Shown here: in pieces, positions 18,930 through 29,162 of the stretch
How the letters are laid out: every line of letters begins with the position of its first letter
Position numbering within the stretch: position 1 is the first letter of the stretch
From: Candidatus Fokinia solitaria
GTDB taxonomy: Bacteria; Pseudomonadota; Alphaproteobacteria; Rickettsiales; Midichloriaceae
Direction: 5' to 3'
Assembly (NCBI RefSeq): GCF_003072485.1
Contig: NZ_CP025989.1
Coordinates: 150,001 to 182,000 of the forward strand
Length of the DNA: 32,000 nt
Program-made: the position numbers and the translations under genes
The notes under the pieces: model-generated
Told to the model about the DNA's origin: nothing
The model's database searches: none
What the model saw: the letters and a program-made list of their open reading frames with translations, nothing else

Positions 18930-20219
18930 ATGTTCTTTTCTCTTCTACCTCTTATACTCTTCTTACTATTATTTCTCTCTTCTGGCTTATACTTCTCTAT
19001 AAATGCCGTTCAGAATCCTTTCTACCAACTCTCTCCTTTACTCATAATCCTTCCTTGCATCGCTTTAAGCTGGATTCTCCATAATGGTACTTCGAAAACT
19101 AAACAATCCTCTTTCTTAAATGGCATCGCTAATCATGACATCCTCATGATGTGTATCATCTTCCTTTTAGCCGGTGCATTTAGTGAGATAATGAGTAAAA
19201 TAGGTGCAGTCTCTTCCATCGTAAATCTTCTGCTTACATTCATTCCTTCAAATCTACTATTACTTGGACTTTTCATCACCGGCGCCTTCATTTCTACCTC
19301 AATAGGCACTTCTATGGGCACTATCGCTACTCTGATGCCTTTAGCAACTGCTTTGAGTGCGAAAAGCGGGTTACAGATTGAACTAATTTCGGGCACAATA
19401 CTTGGTAGTGCAATGTTTGGCGATAATCTCTCTCTGATTTCCGATACTACAATAGCTGCTGTTTCTTCGCAAAACGCAGATCCACGAAAAAAATTCTACA
19501 TCAATGCTAAACTGGCTTTCTATTCTGCTGTAATCGTCGCAATAGTATTGCTATTTCTAGGTTTTGCAAAAGCAAATGAAATTATAGCGGTAGAAAAATA
19601 TTCTTTGCCTCTGATTATACCGTATGTTCTACTACTTACACTATCAATGTCTGGTGTAGGTATTTTTTGCAGTTTGATACTAAGTATTTTAGCAGCAGGA
19701 ATTATAGGAATTATCGCAAATCCTACTTATCACTTTTTGAATTTTACAAGCGATATCATAGCTGGATTTTACACTATGAATGAAATTATGCTTTTATCTC
19801 TCATGATTGGCGGCTTATCAGGTTTAATGGGAAATTCACTCAGTGTACTAGGTAAAAAACTTACCATTGTATTGGCAAAAAAGATGCACAATAAAAAAGC
19901 ATGCTCTTTTGCAATCGCTGTGATCGTTACGATATTCGATGTGCTTTTAGCTAATAATACAATAGCTATCATAGTAAGCGGTAAAGCAGTAAAAGATGTA
20001 GCGATCGAAAATGGCCTCCCTCCACATTATACTGCAGCAATTCTTGATGTCTTCTCATGCATCTTCCAAGGACTTATCCCTTATGGCGCTCAAGTCTTAC
20101 TTGTAAGCAGCTTTACAGGCCTTTCACCATTCATAATCCCTCAGTATGTATATTACTGCCACATCTTGCTCCTCATCTCATCTTACTTCCTTATCTCACT
20201 TCCTAAAAAGATGTCTTAA
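18930..20219 (+). CDS. nhaC: Na+/H+ antiporter, NhaC family
   Basis: 429-aa polytopic membrane protein with NhaC-like organisation (GAFISTSIGTSMGTIATLMPL, GDNLSLISDTTI). Confidence 0.72.
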   Translation: MFFSLLPLILFLLLFLSSGLYFSINAVQNPFYQLSPLLIILPCIALSWILHNGTSKTKQSSFLNGIANHDILMMCIIFLLAGAFSEIMSKIGAVSSIVNLLLTFIPSNLLLLGLFITGAFISTSIGTSMGTIATLMPLATALSAKSGLQIELISGTILGSAMFGDNLSLISDTTIAAVSSQNADPRKKFYINAKLAFYSAVIVAIVLLFLGFAKANEIIAVEKYSLPLIIPYVLLLTLSMSGVGIFCSLILSILAAGIIGIIANPTYHFLNFTSDIIAGFYTMNEIMLLSLMIGGLSGLMGNSLSVLGKKLTIVLAKKMHNKKACSFAIAVIVTIFDVLLANNTIAIIVSGKAVKDVAIENGLPPHYTAAILDVFSCIFQGLIPYGAQVLLVSSFTGLSPFIIPQYVYYCHILLLISSYFLISLPKKMS

Positions 20220-20248
20220 TATCTTCCGTAAAAGACGATTATTGTAGC

Positions 20249-20277
20249 TTCAAGTGTAATGTATATTTTCTTATAAT
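20249..20277 (+). promoter_or_regulatory. candidate sigma70-type promoter for tuf-fdxA (TTCAAG-17 nt-TATAAT)
   Basis: ttcaag at 20249-20254 and tataat at 20272-20277, with a 17-nt spacer, about 118 nt upstream of the tuf ATG. Such hexamers are frequent in AT-rich DNA. Confidence 0.3.
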
Positions 20278-20394
20278 TTATATTAAGCTGTTGATCTTAA
20301 CAGGCTCTTGCTGTAAGTTTTGAAATTATAAGTGCAGTGTGTGACGAGAGTTACATACTCATGCGGTAAATCAAATTTAAATTTGCGTAAGATA

Positions 20395-21576
20395 ATGAAG
20401 AAATTCGAACGTACCAAGCCACACGTAAACATCGGAACAATAGGCCATGTTGATCATGGTAAAACAACTCTTACTGCTGCTATTACAAAGTATTTCAGTG
20501 AGTCATTTGTTGCATACGATAAGATAGACAAAGCGCCAGAAGAAAGACAGCGTGGTATTACAATCAATACTGCGCACGTGGAGTATGAAACGAAGAATAG
20601 GCACTATGCGCACGTTGATTGCCCTGGACACGCGGACTACGTGAAAAATATGATTACTGGTGCTGCGCAGATGGATGGTGCGATACTTGTAGTAGCAGCA
20701 ACTGACGGTCCTATGCCTCAAACTAGAGAGCACATACTACTTGCGCGCCAGGTTGGTGTACCGTCAATAGTGGTATTTATGAATAAGATGGACCAAGTAA
20801 CGGATCCAGAACTTGCAATGCTTGTTGAAGAGGAAATAAGAGATTTACTTACGAAATATGGCTTTCCTGGAAAAGATATACCAATTATAAAAGGATCGGC
20901 TTTGAAAGCTTTGGAAGCTGCTTCATCTGATGCTTCAACTGGCGATGGTGCATGCATAGGGGAGCTTCTTGCAGCGGTAGATTCGTATATTCCTACTCCT
21001 CAAAGAGAACTCGATCTACCTTTCTTAATGCCTGTTGAAGATGTGTTTTCGATTTCGGGTCGTGGTACCGTTGTAACGGGACGTATTGAGAGAGGTATCG
21101 TGAAAGTTGGCGCAGAAGTTGAGATTGTAGGCTTCGGATATAGACACAAGACTGTTTGTACTGGTGTGGAGATGTTTAAGAAGATGCTTGATCAAGGACA
21201 AGCTGGAGATAATGTCGGTCTTTTATTGCGCGGCATAGCAAAAGAGGATGTGGAAAGAGGATGTGTTGTTGCAGCGCTGAACACGATAAATCCTCATACT
21301 AATTTTGAAGCGCAGTTGTATGCGCTAAGTAAAGAGGAAGGTGGACGTCATACAGCGTTTTTGAATGGCTATAGACCACAATTTTTCGTGAGAACTACCG
21401 ACGTTACTGGTACTATTCAACTTCCTGAAGGAACTGAGATGGTGATGCCAGGTGACAATGTAACGATTAATGTAGAGCTGATAGCGCCTATTGCGATGGA
21501 TGAAGGACAAAGATTTGCAATTCGCGAAGGTGGTAGAACAGTAGGTGCAGGAGTAGTATCTAAGATTATCAAATAG
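20395..21576 (+). CDS. tuf: elongation factor Tu
   Basis: 393 aa starting [26 protein letters not shown]. Motifs DCPGHADY and NKMD. The ORF-track 5-prime extension (20332) adds 21 non-conserved residues. Confidence 0.97.
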   Translation: MKKFERTKPHVNIGTIGHVDHGKTTLTAAITKYFSESFVAYDKIDKAPEERQRGITINTAHVEYETKNRHYAHVDCPGHADYVKNMITGAAQMDGAILVVAATDGPMPQTREHILLARQVGVPSIVVFMNKMDQVTDPELAMLVEEEIRDLLTKYGFPGKDIPIIKGSALKALEAASSDASTGDGACIGELLAAVDSYIPTPQRELDLPFLMPVEDVFSISGRGTVVTGRIERGIVKVGAEVEIVGFGYRHKTVCTGVEMFKKMLDQGQAGDNVGLLLRGIAKEDVERGCVVAALNTINPHTNFEAQLYALSKEEGGRHTAFLNGYRPQFFVRTTDVTGTIQLPEGTEMVMPGDNVTINVELIAPIAMDEGQRFAIREGGRTVGAGVVSKIIK

Positions 21577-21582
21577 CTTTAT

Positions 21583-21906
21583 ATGACTCATGTAGTAACT
21601 GATAAATGTATAAGATGTAAGTATACGGATTGTGTAGAAGTATGCCCTGTTGAATGTTTTCATGAAGCGAAGAACATGCTTGTGATAAATCCTGATGAGT
21701 GCATTGATTGCGGCGTATGTGTAGCTGAATGTCCTATAGGAGCTATTCAATCTGAAATAGATGCTGAGCCTATATGGCTGGAGATAAACTCAAAATATGC
21801 TAAGAAGTTTCCTCGCATTCTCGAGAAGAAGATGCCTATGGCGGAAGCAGAGGTTTATAAGGACGTTGTAAATAAGGAAAAGTTTCTTAACGAAAATGAT
21901 GAGTAA
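21583..21906 (+). CDS. fdxA: 7Fe ferredoxin (3Fe-4S + 4Fe-4S), FdxA type
   Basis: 107 aa. [27 protein letters not shown] and [14 protein letters not shown]. Its last ~100 nt are homologous to the tail of the downstream 278-bp repeat unit. Confidence 0.93.
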   Translation: MTHVVTDKCIRCKYTDCVEVCPVECFHEAKNMLVINPDECIDCGVCVAECPIGAIQSEIDAEPIWLEINSKYAKKFPRILEKKMPMAEAEVYKDVVNKEKFLNENDE

Positions 21907-22708
21907 CTTTGTAAAGATCGTTTAGATAGATTCGCAAAGATTGCTTAGATAAATGATAAGTGATTTTTACAAGGACTTCTTGAGAAAATGACTGTGTTTC
22001 TGCGAGTTTCTCGAGAAGCCGAAAGAAATTTCTGTAATAGCTTTTCCATGTGTTTATAGAGCTTCTACAATAGAGGCGCTTTATCTGTTTATAGAAAGGA
22101 TGTTACTGATGAATCGATGGTGCTGCTTTTCTCATGATGCGGTGATTTGATTACTGCGAAGTTCTTAGTGAAGATGATGAGTAACTTTGTAAAGATCGTT
22201 TAGATAGATTCGTAAAGATTGCTTGGATAAATGATAAGTGATTTTTACAAGGACTTCTTGAGCAAATGACTATGTTTCTGCGAGTTTCTCGAGAAGCCGA
22301 AAGAAACTTCTGTAATAGCTTTTCTATGTGTTTATAGAGCTTCTGTAATAGAGGCGTCCTATCTGTTTATAGAAGAGATGTTACCGATGAATCGATGGTG
22401 CTGCTTTCTTCATGATGCGGTGATTTGATTACTGCGAAGTTCTTAGTGAAAATGATGAGTAACTTCATAAAGATCGTTTAGATAGATTCGCAAAGATTGC
22501 TTAGATAAATGATAAGTGATTTTTACAAGGACTTCTTGAGAAAATGACTGTGTTTCGAGTTTCTTGGAAAAGTTACAGAAACTTCTGTAATAGCGCTTTT
22601 CTATGTGTTTATAGAGCTTTCTGTAATAGAGGTATCTTATCTGTTTATAAAAGAGATGTTACTGATGAATCGATGGTGCTGCTTTCTTCATGATGCGGTG
22701 ATGTTTGA
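21896..22708. repeat. 278-bp tandem repeat, about 2.9 copies, non-coding
   Basis: The unit start 'atgatgagtaac' recurs at 21896, 22174 and 22452, an exact 278-nt spacing. Copies 1 and 2 differ by roughly 15-20 substitutions by eye. Copy 3 has small indels and ends near 22703-22708. No ORF of 60 aa or more in any frame. Confidence 0.95.
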
Positions 22709-23022
22709 AATGGTATCTATATCTTCACAATACTGTTATTTCAAGATGTAAAGTTCAAGTTCAGACTATGTAAGAAAAACGTAGTAGATATGTTATATAT
22801 CAGTCTTATTACAGCAAAACGATGCTATATCGCAGAGCTAAGGCTATTGTTACTACTATTATGTCGCTTCTTACGATAAATATATTTGCGCGAAAACGAT
22901 AAGTAGTAAATATTGCTATCTCATTATCATCCCTTGCTTAGTTTCAAGAGATGTGCGTATATCTTTTTCTTCTATGATAAAAAAGTTATTCAAAGCTTCT
23001 GAAATTTTTCCGACTTATGAAA

Positions 23023-23060
23023 GCGACTCTGATGCGGAGTCGTACTCTTCTTTTTATTTT
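23023..23060 (+). terminator. orphan terminator-like hairpin plus T-rich tail
   Basis: gcgactc (23023-23029), loop tgatgcg, gagtcgt (23037-23043, 7 bp including one G-U), followed by actcttctttttatttt. No intact gene lies upstream, so it could be the ancestral tuf-fdxA terminator. Confidence 0.3.
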
Positions 23061-23473
23061 GAATAAATATATTTAATTATTTTTGAAGATATTAATGCTA
23101 TTTCATAATTTCGTTAGATGCTTATACATTACTTTTCTGATGATTGATGCTTTTTATCCTATGCTTTTTGCATGATTGGAAAATCTTTACAGTACCTTCA
23201 ATGCTATCATAAAGTGTGATGAGTAATAACACACTCTCTTTATGAATATATGGTAAATCATTTCTGCTATTTTATAGATTTCCAGCGTATTGTCACTGTA
23301 GTTTCTTCATCATTTGAAGATTACTTTATATGTCTTATAGTATGAAAAATGACAATATGTAATGAAAAATTTGTGAATATAAAAGAGTATAAGAAAGTAT
23401 AAGAGAATATAAGACAGTTTAAGCTGAACGAGAGCTAAGATTATGTAGAGCTTTAGGCAAAATCTTACATCGC

Positions 23474-23950
23474 ATGAAGACGTAATTGTTAGAGATTTAT
23501 TTATTGTTTACTCAAATTTGAGAAGATATTCGCTTCATAAGATATCATCTAACTTCAAATAGAAGTCCTTTTTAAGTTAAGGACAATTTTTGATACTTCA
23601 CTATGCGCTTCGAAAAAGAATATAGAACAAAACACTTTTTTGAACTTACTCAATGCATAGATAAAGCATATTAAAATGCATTTTTAATACTTGTATAAAA
23701 TATATCAGTGATAAAATTACGAATGTAAGAAAAGGATTTTTCTAGATATTTCTGCGCTTTTTATATATTTTTGCGTGAAGGATAGCGAGAAGCGCTATAG
23801 TTTCTACTCTTCAAAGAAGGGTATGCCACTTTTTTGATATCTGTTGAGGATGTATCTTCGATTTCGCATCGAGAGAAACGTTATCAAAGCTGAAGTAGAA
23901 GTTGAGATTTAAAGATATTCTTCAAAACAAGACATAACCATCACTAAGCT
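23474..23950 (+). pseudogene. tuf: eroded partial copy of tuf (relic), truncated at tRNA-Thr
   Basis: Colinear nucleotide matches to intact tuf, with many stops and deletions. 23840 tctgttgaggatgtatcttcgatttcgca matches 21031 cctgttgaagatgtgttttcgatttcggg. 23869 atcgagaga...aaagctgaagtagaagttgagattt matches 21085 attgagaga...aaagttggcgcagaagttgagattg. 23795 ttctactcttcaaagaagg matches 20990 tcctactcctcaaagagaa. 23711 gataaaattacgaatgtaag matches 20841 gatttacttacgaaatatgg. 23474 atgaaga/cgtaa matches the tuf start atgaaga...cgtaa. About 790 nt of tuf is compressed to about 480 nt. Confidence 0.65.
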
Positions 23951-23956
23951 TCTATT

Positions 23957-24031
23957 TGGTGCCGTTAGTGAGAATCGAACTCACGACCTCTTCATTACCA
24001 ATGAAGTGCACTACCACTGTGCTATAACGGC
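23957..24031 (-). tRNA. tRNA-Thr (anticodon GGT), CCA encoded
   Basis: Hand-folded cloverleaf. Acceptor GCCGTTA/TAACGGC, D stem GCAC/GTGC, anticodon stem CTTCA/TGAAG with loop TTGGTAA, T arm GTGAG-TTCGATT-CTCAC, then A-CCA. 75 nt. Its 5-prime end lies 5 nt after the atpD stop. Confidence 0.93.
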
Positions 24032-24036
24032 TACTA

Positions 24037-25464
<1,428 letters not shown>

Positions 25465-25485
25465 TTACTTAGAAATTCTTTATCT

Positions 25486-26055
25486 CTATTTCTTTGATGA
25501 AGTTTCTGATTCCAATTTTGCACGTGCTTCATCAAAATCCAACTTCACGTAAGGGACTTTTTCATTGAGTTTAGCTATCAATTTATCTGTTACATCTACT
25601 TCTGGTGCAGACCATAATGGTCCTGCAACTATAACTTTCTTCTTCTCTTTCGAAGCTACCTCTTTCAAAGCTTCATCCCATGCTTTTTGCATCGTACCCA
25701 TACCCTTTTTAAAAGCGTAATCTATTATCCTACTATTTTTTACAAGCGTATTTTCATTTGCGCTTATTTTCTCTGAAAGCTTTGCTATTTTAGCGTCATT
25801 TTTAGAATCACCTGCTACTTTTGATTTATTCAAAGATTCTCTTTCTTTGGATAGATTCTGTATTGATTCTTTTATCTTAGCATTTAATTCTTTGTCTTTT
25901 TCTTCCATTTGACTGATAATTGCCTTGTATCCACTGGATGATTGAAATATTTTTGATGGATCTGCAACGGCCACACTAGAATCTTCAGAAAAGGCAAGTG
26001 CAGGTTGAACTGCGAGGAAGCAAACAGTTATAACACCTAAGAATTTGTTTTTCAT
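25486..26055 (-). CDS. skp: OmpH/Skp-family periplasmic chaperone
   Basis: 189 aa. Signal peptide MKNKFLGVITVCFLAVQPALA/FS, then a long K/E-rich helical region typical of Skp. Confidence 0.75.
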   Translation of the reverse strand: MKNKFLGVITVCFLAVQPALAFSEDSSVAVADPSKIFQSSSGYKAIISQMEEKDKELNAKIKESIQNLSKERESLNKSKVAGDSKNDAKIAKLSEKISANENTLVKNSRIIDYAFKKGMGTMQKAWDEALKEVASKEKKKVIVAGPLWSAPEVDVTDKLIAKLNEKVPYVKLDFDEARAKLESETSSKK

Positions 26056-26139
26056 GTTTTTATATAGAAGATATATATGTGCAAAGGCTATATATTTTCC
26101 GTTTGAAGTTCAAGCTAAATGATTTACATTACGTGTTTA

Positions 26140-26667
26140 TTAATAGAATTTTGGAAAACCGAGCGTACTCATAATGGTATCTTCGGTTGATTCCATTTTA
26201 TCAGCATCATTTTGATTATCATGATCGTAACCTATAGTATGCAATATTCCATGCACGACTAATTGAGTAAATCTATGCAGAAATGTCATATTTAACTCAT
26301 GTATCTCTTCCTCAATTGACTTATAGCATATGTATATATCTCCTACGATTTCATCGCTATTTTCATCATTTTTTATTACTTGCGAGAACGATAGTATATT
26401 TGTACTTTTATCGAGATTTCTATACGTCTTGTTTAAAGCGTGCATCTTCCTTGTACCGCACAGCACTATCGCTAATCGTAATTGATGATGATGCGTACTG
26501 ATGCTGTTTAAGTGTTTGAAGGCGAAATTTACTACCTCATAGGTATATCTCTTAATGTCGCTGAAGCCCGTACTAGAAAGTTGTAAGTTCTGAAAATCCT
26601 CCGATTTAAGTATAACTTTCTTACGCCATGCGCAGCACGTGACATGTACGTCGATTTCTTTTAGCAT
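26140..26667 (-). CDS. ybeY: rRNA maturation endoribonuclease YbeY
   Basis: Zinc motif HGILHTIGYDH. Start set at MLKEIDVHV (ATG 26665-26667), because the ORF-track start at 26688 overlaps the 3-prime end of tRNA-Arg. Confidence 0.85.
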   Translation of the reverse strand: MLKEIDVHVTCCAWRKKVILKSEDFQNLQLSSTGFSDIKRYTYEVVNFAFKHLNSISTHHHQLRLAIVLCGTRKMHALNKTYRNLDKSTNILSFSQVIKNDENSDEIVGDIYICYKSIEEEIHELNMTFLHRFTQLVVHGILHTIGYDHDNQNDADKMESTEDTIMSTLGFPKFY

Positions 26668-26682
26668 ATGACTTAAAATTCG

Positions 26683-26758
26683 TGGCACGCCTGAAAGGAT
26701 TTGAACCCATGACCTTTAGATCCGTAGTCTAACGCTCTATCCACTGAGCTACAGGCGC
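26683..26758 (-). tRNA. tRNA-Arg (anticodon ACG), CCA encoded
   Basis: Hand-folded cloverleaf. Acceptor GCGCCTG/CAGGCGT (G1-U72), D stem GCTC/GAGC, anticodon stem TTAGA/TCTAA with loop CTACGGA, T arm ATGGG-TTCAAAT-CCTTT (one U-U mismatch), then G-CCA. 76 nt. Confidence 0.85.
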
Positions 26759-26866
26759 TACATACAAGAAGCGAATCGAAACTTGATTTCACCGTAACAT
26801 AGTATTACGCTCTGCGATGTTAAAGTAAAGAGTGATAAGTATTGTATTTGAAGTTTTGAAAAGTTG

Positions 26867-28609
26867 ATGAATTTGATACTGATTGATAGTGCTTCAGAGC
26901 ACGAGTGTAGAGTTGCTGTATGCAAAAAAAGCGGAACTGAAATGGTACTTGAGGCTTTATATCAGCAAAATACTCGAATCCAAAACATAAAAGGCAATAT
27001 ATACTTAGCGAAAGTAGTACGAGTAGAGAACGCACTGCAAGCAGTTTTTGTGGATTATGGAGGGCAGTATAATGCTTTTCTGCCTTTGTCTAATGTGAGT
27101 AATGAGTACAAGACAAGAAGTGCGCACAATAAGCATCTGAAAAAGGATCAGTTGCTAATAATACAAATTGTGAAAGAGCAGAAGGATGAAAAATGTCCGC
27201 TAGCAACGACTTATATTACGTTAACTGGTCGTTTTATATCTGTGATATCGCACTCTTCTCAAGAAAGAATAAGGTTCATGAGAAAAATTGGCAGTGATAA
27301 AGAGAGATTGAAAAATATAGGCAATGAGCTATTGAATAGCGTAAAGAAGAATGATCGAGGACTGTCGATAGTATTCAAGAATGAGTCTGAAGGAAGAACG
27401 AAAATTGAGTTAAAGAGAGATTTTCAATATCTTGTAAAGTTGTTGGATAGTACTTTACAGCACTCAGAGAATAAAAAAAGTCCTGTCTTTCTGCATGCTG
27501 AAGGGAGTTTTGTCGAATGCGTTATTAGAGATACATATAATAACGATATCAAATCGATTATTGTAGAAGGAAAAGAAAAGTACAAGCAAGGACTAGCATT
27601 TATGAAAATGTTTTTGCCGACGCACGTAGATAAGATAGAACAGTATGATCGTAGTACTCCAATCTTTAAGTACTATGATATAGAGGAGAAAGTGACAGCG
27701 TTATATAGTAATAAGGTACTTTTACCTTCTGGAGGTTCGATTGTCATATCGTATACGGAAGCAATGATTACCATAGATGTGAACTCAGGAAAGAACATCA
27801 GCGAAAGTAATGTAGAAAATACTTCTCTCAAAACGAATTTAGAAGCGATTAAGGAAATTATTATTCAGATAAAGCTACGTGGTTTATCCGGTACTATTGC
27901 AATAGATTTTATAGATTTGGAGTCTACCAAAAATAGAGATCTGCTTTTTAAAGAAGCGCTTCAGCTTGGCAAAGATTACAATTTATCTCTTAGAATATTG
28001 CCACTGAATGAGCTTAGTATAATGCATATTACAAGGCAAAAGACACATAACTCTTTTTGTGAAATCAATTTGACAAAGTGCGATAACTGTAGTGGTACGG
28101 GATATATTAGAGCGGAGCATGCTACCATAAGCGCTATATGCAGAGCGGTGAAACAAGAGATATCTAAGAATGCTGAATTAACTAATATCACTGTTGTTGT
28201 AGGTGCGAAGCTAGCAACTCAGATCTTGAATTATACTGCTGTGTATGACGATATTATCAGAAAAACCTCTGATCATGATATTACTTTTCGTTTTATGATA
28301 GATTTATCAGTACCGGAAACGATGTTCTCACTTACTGCTTCTTCTGAGGTACGGCAACTTGCAAATGCGGTAGTGCCATTTTCCAAGCTGGAAGAGCAGT
28401 CGTATTTTGATGAAGAGAATGGCAGTACTGCAGTACGTGCAGAAAGTACTGAAAATGTTGTATCTAGAAATAAGAAGCGTTTCAGTAAATTTGGAAAGAA
28501 AAAAGCGAAAATTTCTGCAAAGGATTCTATAAAAGAAGAGGCTACTAGTGGATTACGTACAGTTATGCGAAGAATTTCTTCTCTTATAAAATCAAAGAGT
28601 TCAAATTAG
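26867..28609 (+). CDS. rne: ribonuclease E/G family endoribonuclease
   Basis: S1 domain GNIYLAKVVRVENALQAVFVDYG. Catalytic motifs ITIDVNSGK and IAIDFIDL. Zn-link CDNCSGTGYI. Basic K/R/S-rich tail. The ORF-track start at 26864 is TTG; the ATG is at 26867. At 580 aa it is between typical RNase G and RNase E sizes. Confidence 0.85.
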   Translation: MNLILIDSASEHECRVAVCKKSGTEMVLEALYQQNTRIQNIKGNIYLAKVVRVENALQAVFVDYGGQYNAFLPLSNVSNEYKTRSAHNKHLKKDQLLIIQIVKEQKDEKCPLATTYITLTGRFISVISHSSQERIRFMRKIGSDKERLKNIGNELLNSVKKNDRGLSIVFKNESEGRTKIELKRDFQYLVKLLDSTLQHSENKKSPVFLHAEGSFVECVIRDTYNNDIKSIIVEGKEKYKQGLAFMKMFLPTHVDKIEQYDRSTPIFKYYDIEEKVTALYSNKVLLPSGGSIVISYTEAMITIDVNSGKNISESNVENTSLKTNLEAIKEIIIQIKLRGLSGTIAIDFIDLESTKNRDLLFKEALQLGKDYNLSLRILPLNELSIMHITRQKTHNSFCEINLTKCDNCSGTGYIRAEHATISAICRAVKQEISKNAELTNITVVVGAKLATQILNYTAVYDDIIRKTSDHDITFRFMIDLSVPETMFSLTASSEVRQLANAVVPFSKLEEQSYFDEENGSTAVRAESTENVVSRNKKRFSKFGKKKAKISAKDSIKEEATSGLRTVMRRISSLIKSKSSN

Positions 28610-28648
28610 CTTTGTTGTCGTTTTTTTATGATATTTATGTGAATTGAT

Positions 28649-28996
28649 ATGCTAAAGATCACTGATAAGGCTATAAGCAGGATAAATGAGCTTATAGAGT
28701 GCGAGGAGCGTAAAGATGGTACGCAGAGCTATTCTTTTAGAGTAGAAGTGATTGGAGGTGGATGTTCTGGCTATCAATATAAATTTAGTATTGAAGGCAG
28801 AGAGCGAGATATGGCAATAGATGAAGGAGATTTTACGCATCAAGAATGCCATGCTTTGATAATGGATAGCGCATCGATGAAAATGTTAGATGGCAGTACT
28901 ATGGATTTTATAGATGAGCTTGGAGGAGCGTATTTTACGATTAGTAATCCTAACGTAAAGGCAAAATGTGGATGCGGTAATTCTTTTTCTATTTAA
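28649..28996 (+). CDS. erpA: HesB/IscA-family iron-sulfur cluster insertion protein
   Basis: 115 aa. GGGCSGYQY and the C-terminal CGCGNSF motif. Confidence 0.85.
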   Translation: MLKITDKAISRINELIECEERKDGTQSYSFRVEVIGGGCSGYQYKFSIEGRERDMAIDEGDFTHQECHALIMDSASMKMLDGSTMDFIDELGGAYFTISNPNVKAKCGCGNSFSI

Positions 28997-29162
28997 GTTC
29001 GCTATAATAAGAAGCGATGCTATTGTAAAAGAAAAATGACTTAAAGAGAGTTTCTCTTTTTGACGATTTCGTCTCAAGTATTTATATTGATCAATTTTAC
29101 GCTTGCGGATAGAGTAAAGTCTGATGTTATTAGCATTCAGTTATAAACTTATCTAAGTACGA

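Noticed and set aside
18781-19002. 73-aa ORF bridging the repeat-protein gene and nhaC
   Set aside because: It is a CT-rich, low-complexity read-through of an intergenic region plus the out-of-frame nhaC 5-prime end. The nhaC frame starting at ATG 18930 is clearly the real one.
21896-22708. Could the regular repeats be a CRISPR array?
   Set aside because: The units are 278 bp and directly abutting, with no unique spacers. There are no cas genes. The repeat is derived from the fdxA 3-prime end. It is not CRISPR.
22974-23066. 30-aa ORF MIKKLFKASEIFPTYESDSDAESYSSFYFE in the ORF-free block
   Set aside because: It has no Shine-Dalgarno-like sequence, it spans the terminator-like hairpin, and I recognise no similarity. 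It is most likely chance or a gene relic.
23213-23228. agtg-tgatgagtaa resembling a fourth copy of the fdxA stop region
   Set aside because: It is only a ~10-14 nt match, and the flanks do not resemble the 278-bp unit by eye. A chance match in AT-rich DNA cannot be excluded.
29043-29059. Hairpin aaagaga-gtt-tctcttt plus T run after erpA, as a possible terminator
   Set aside because: The stem is 7 bp but almost all A-U, with a 3-nt loop. That is too weak to support.
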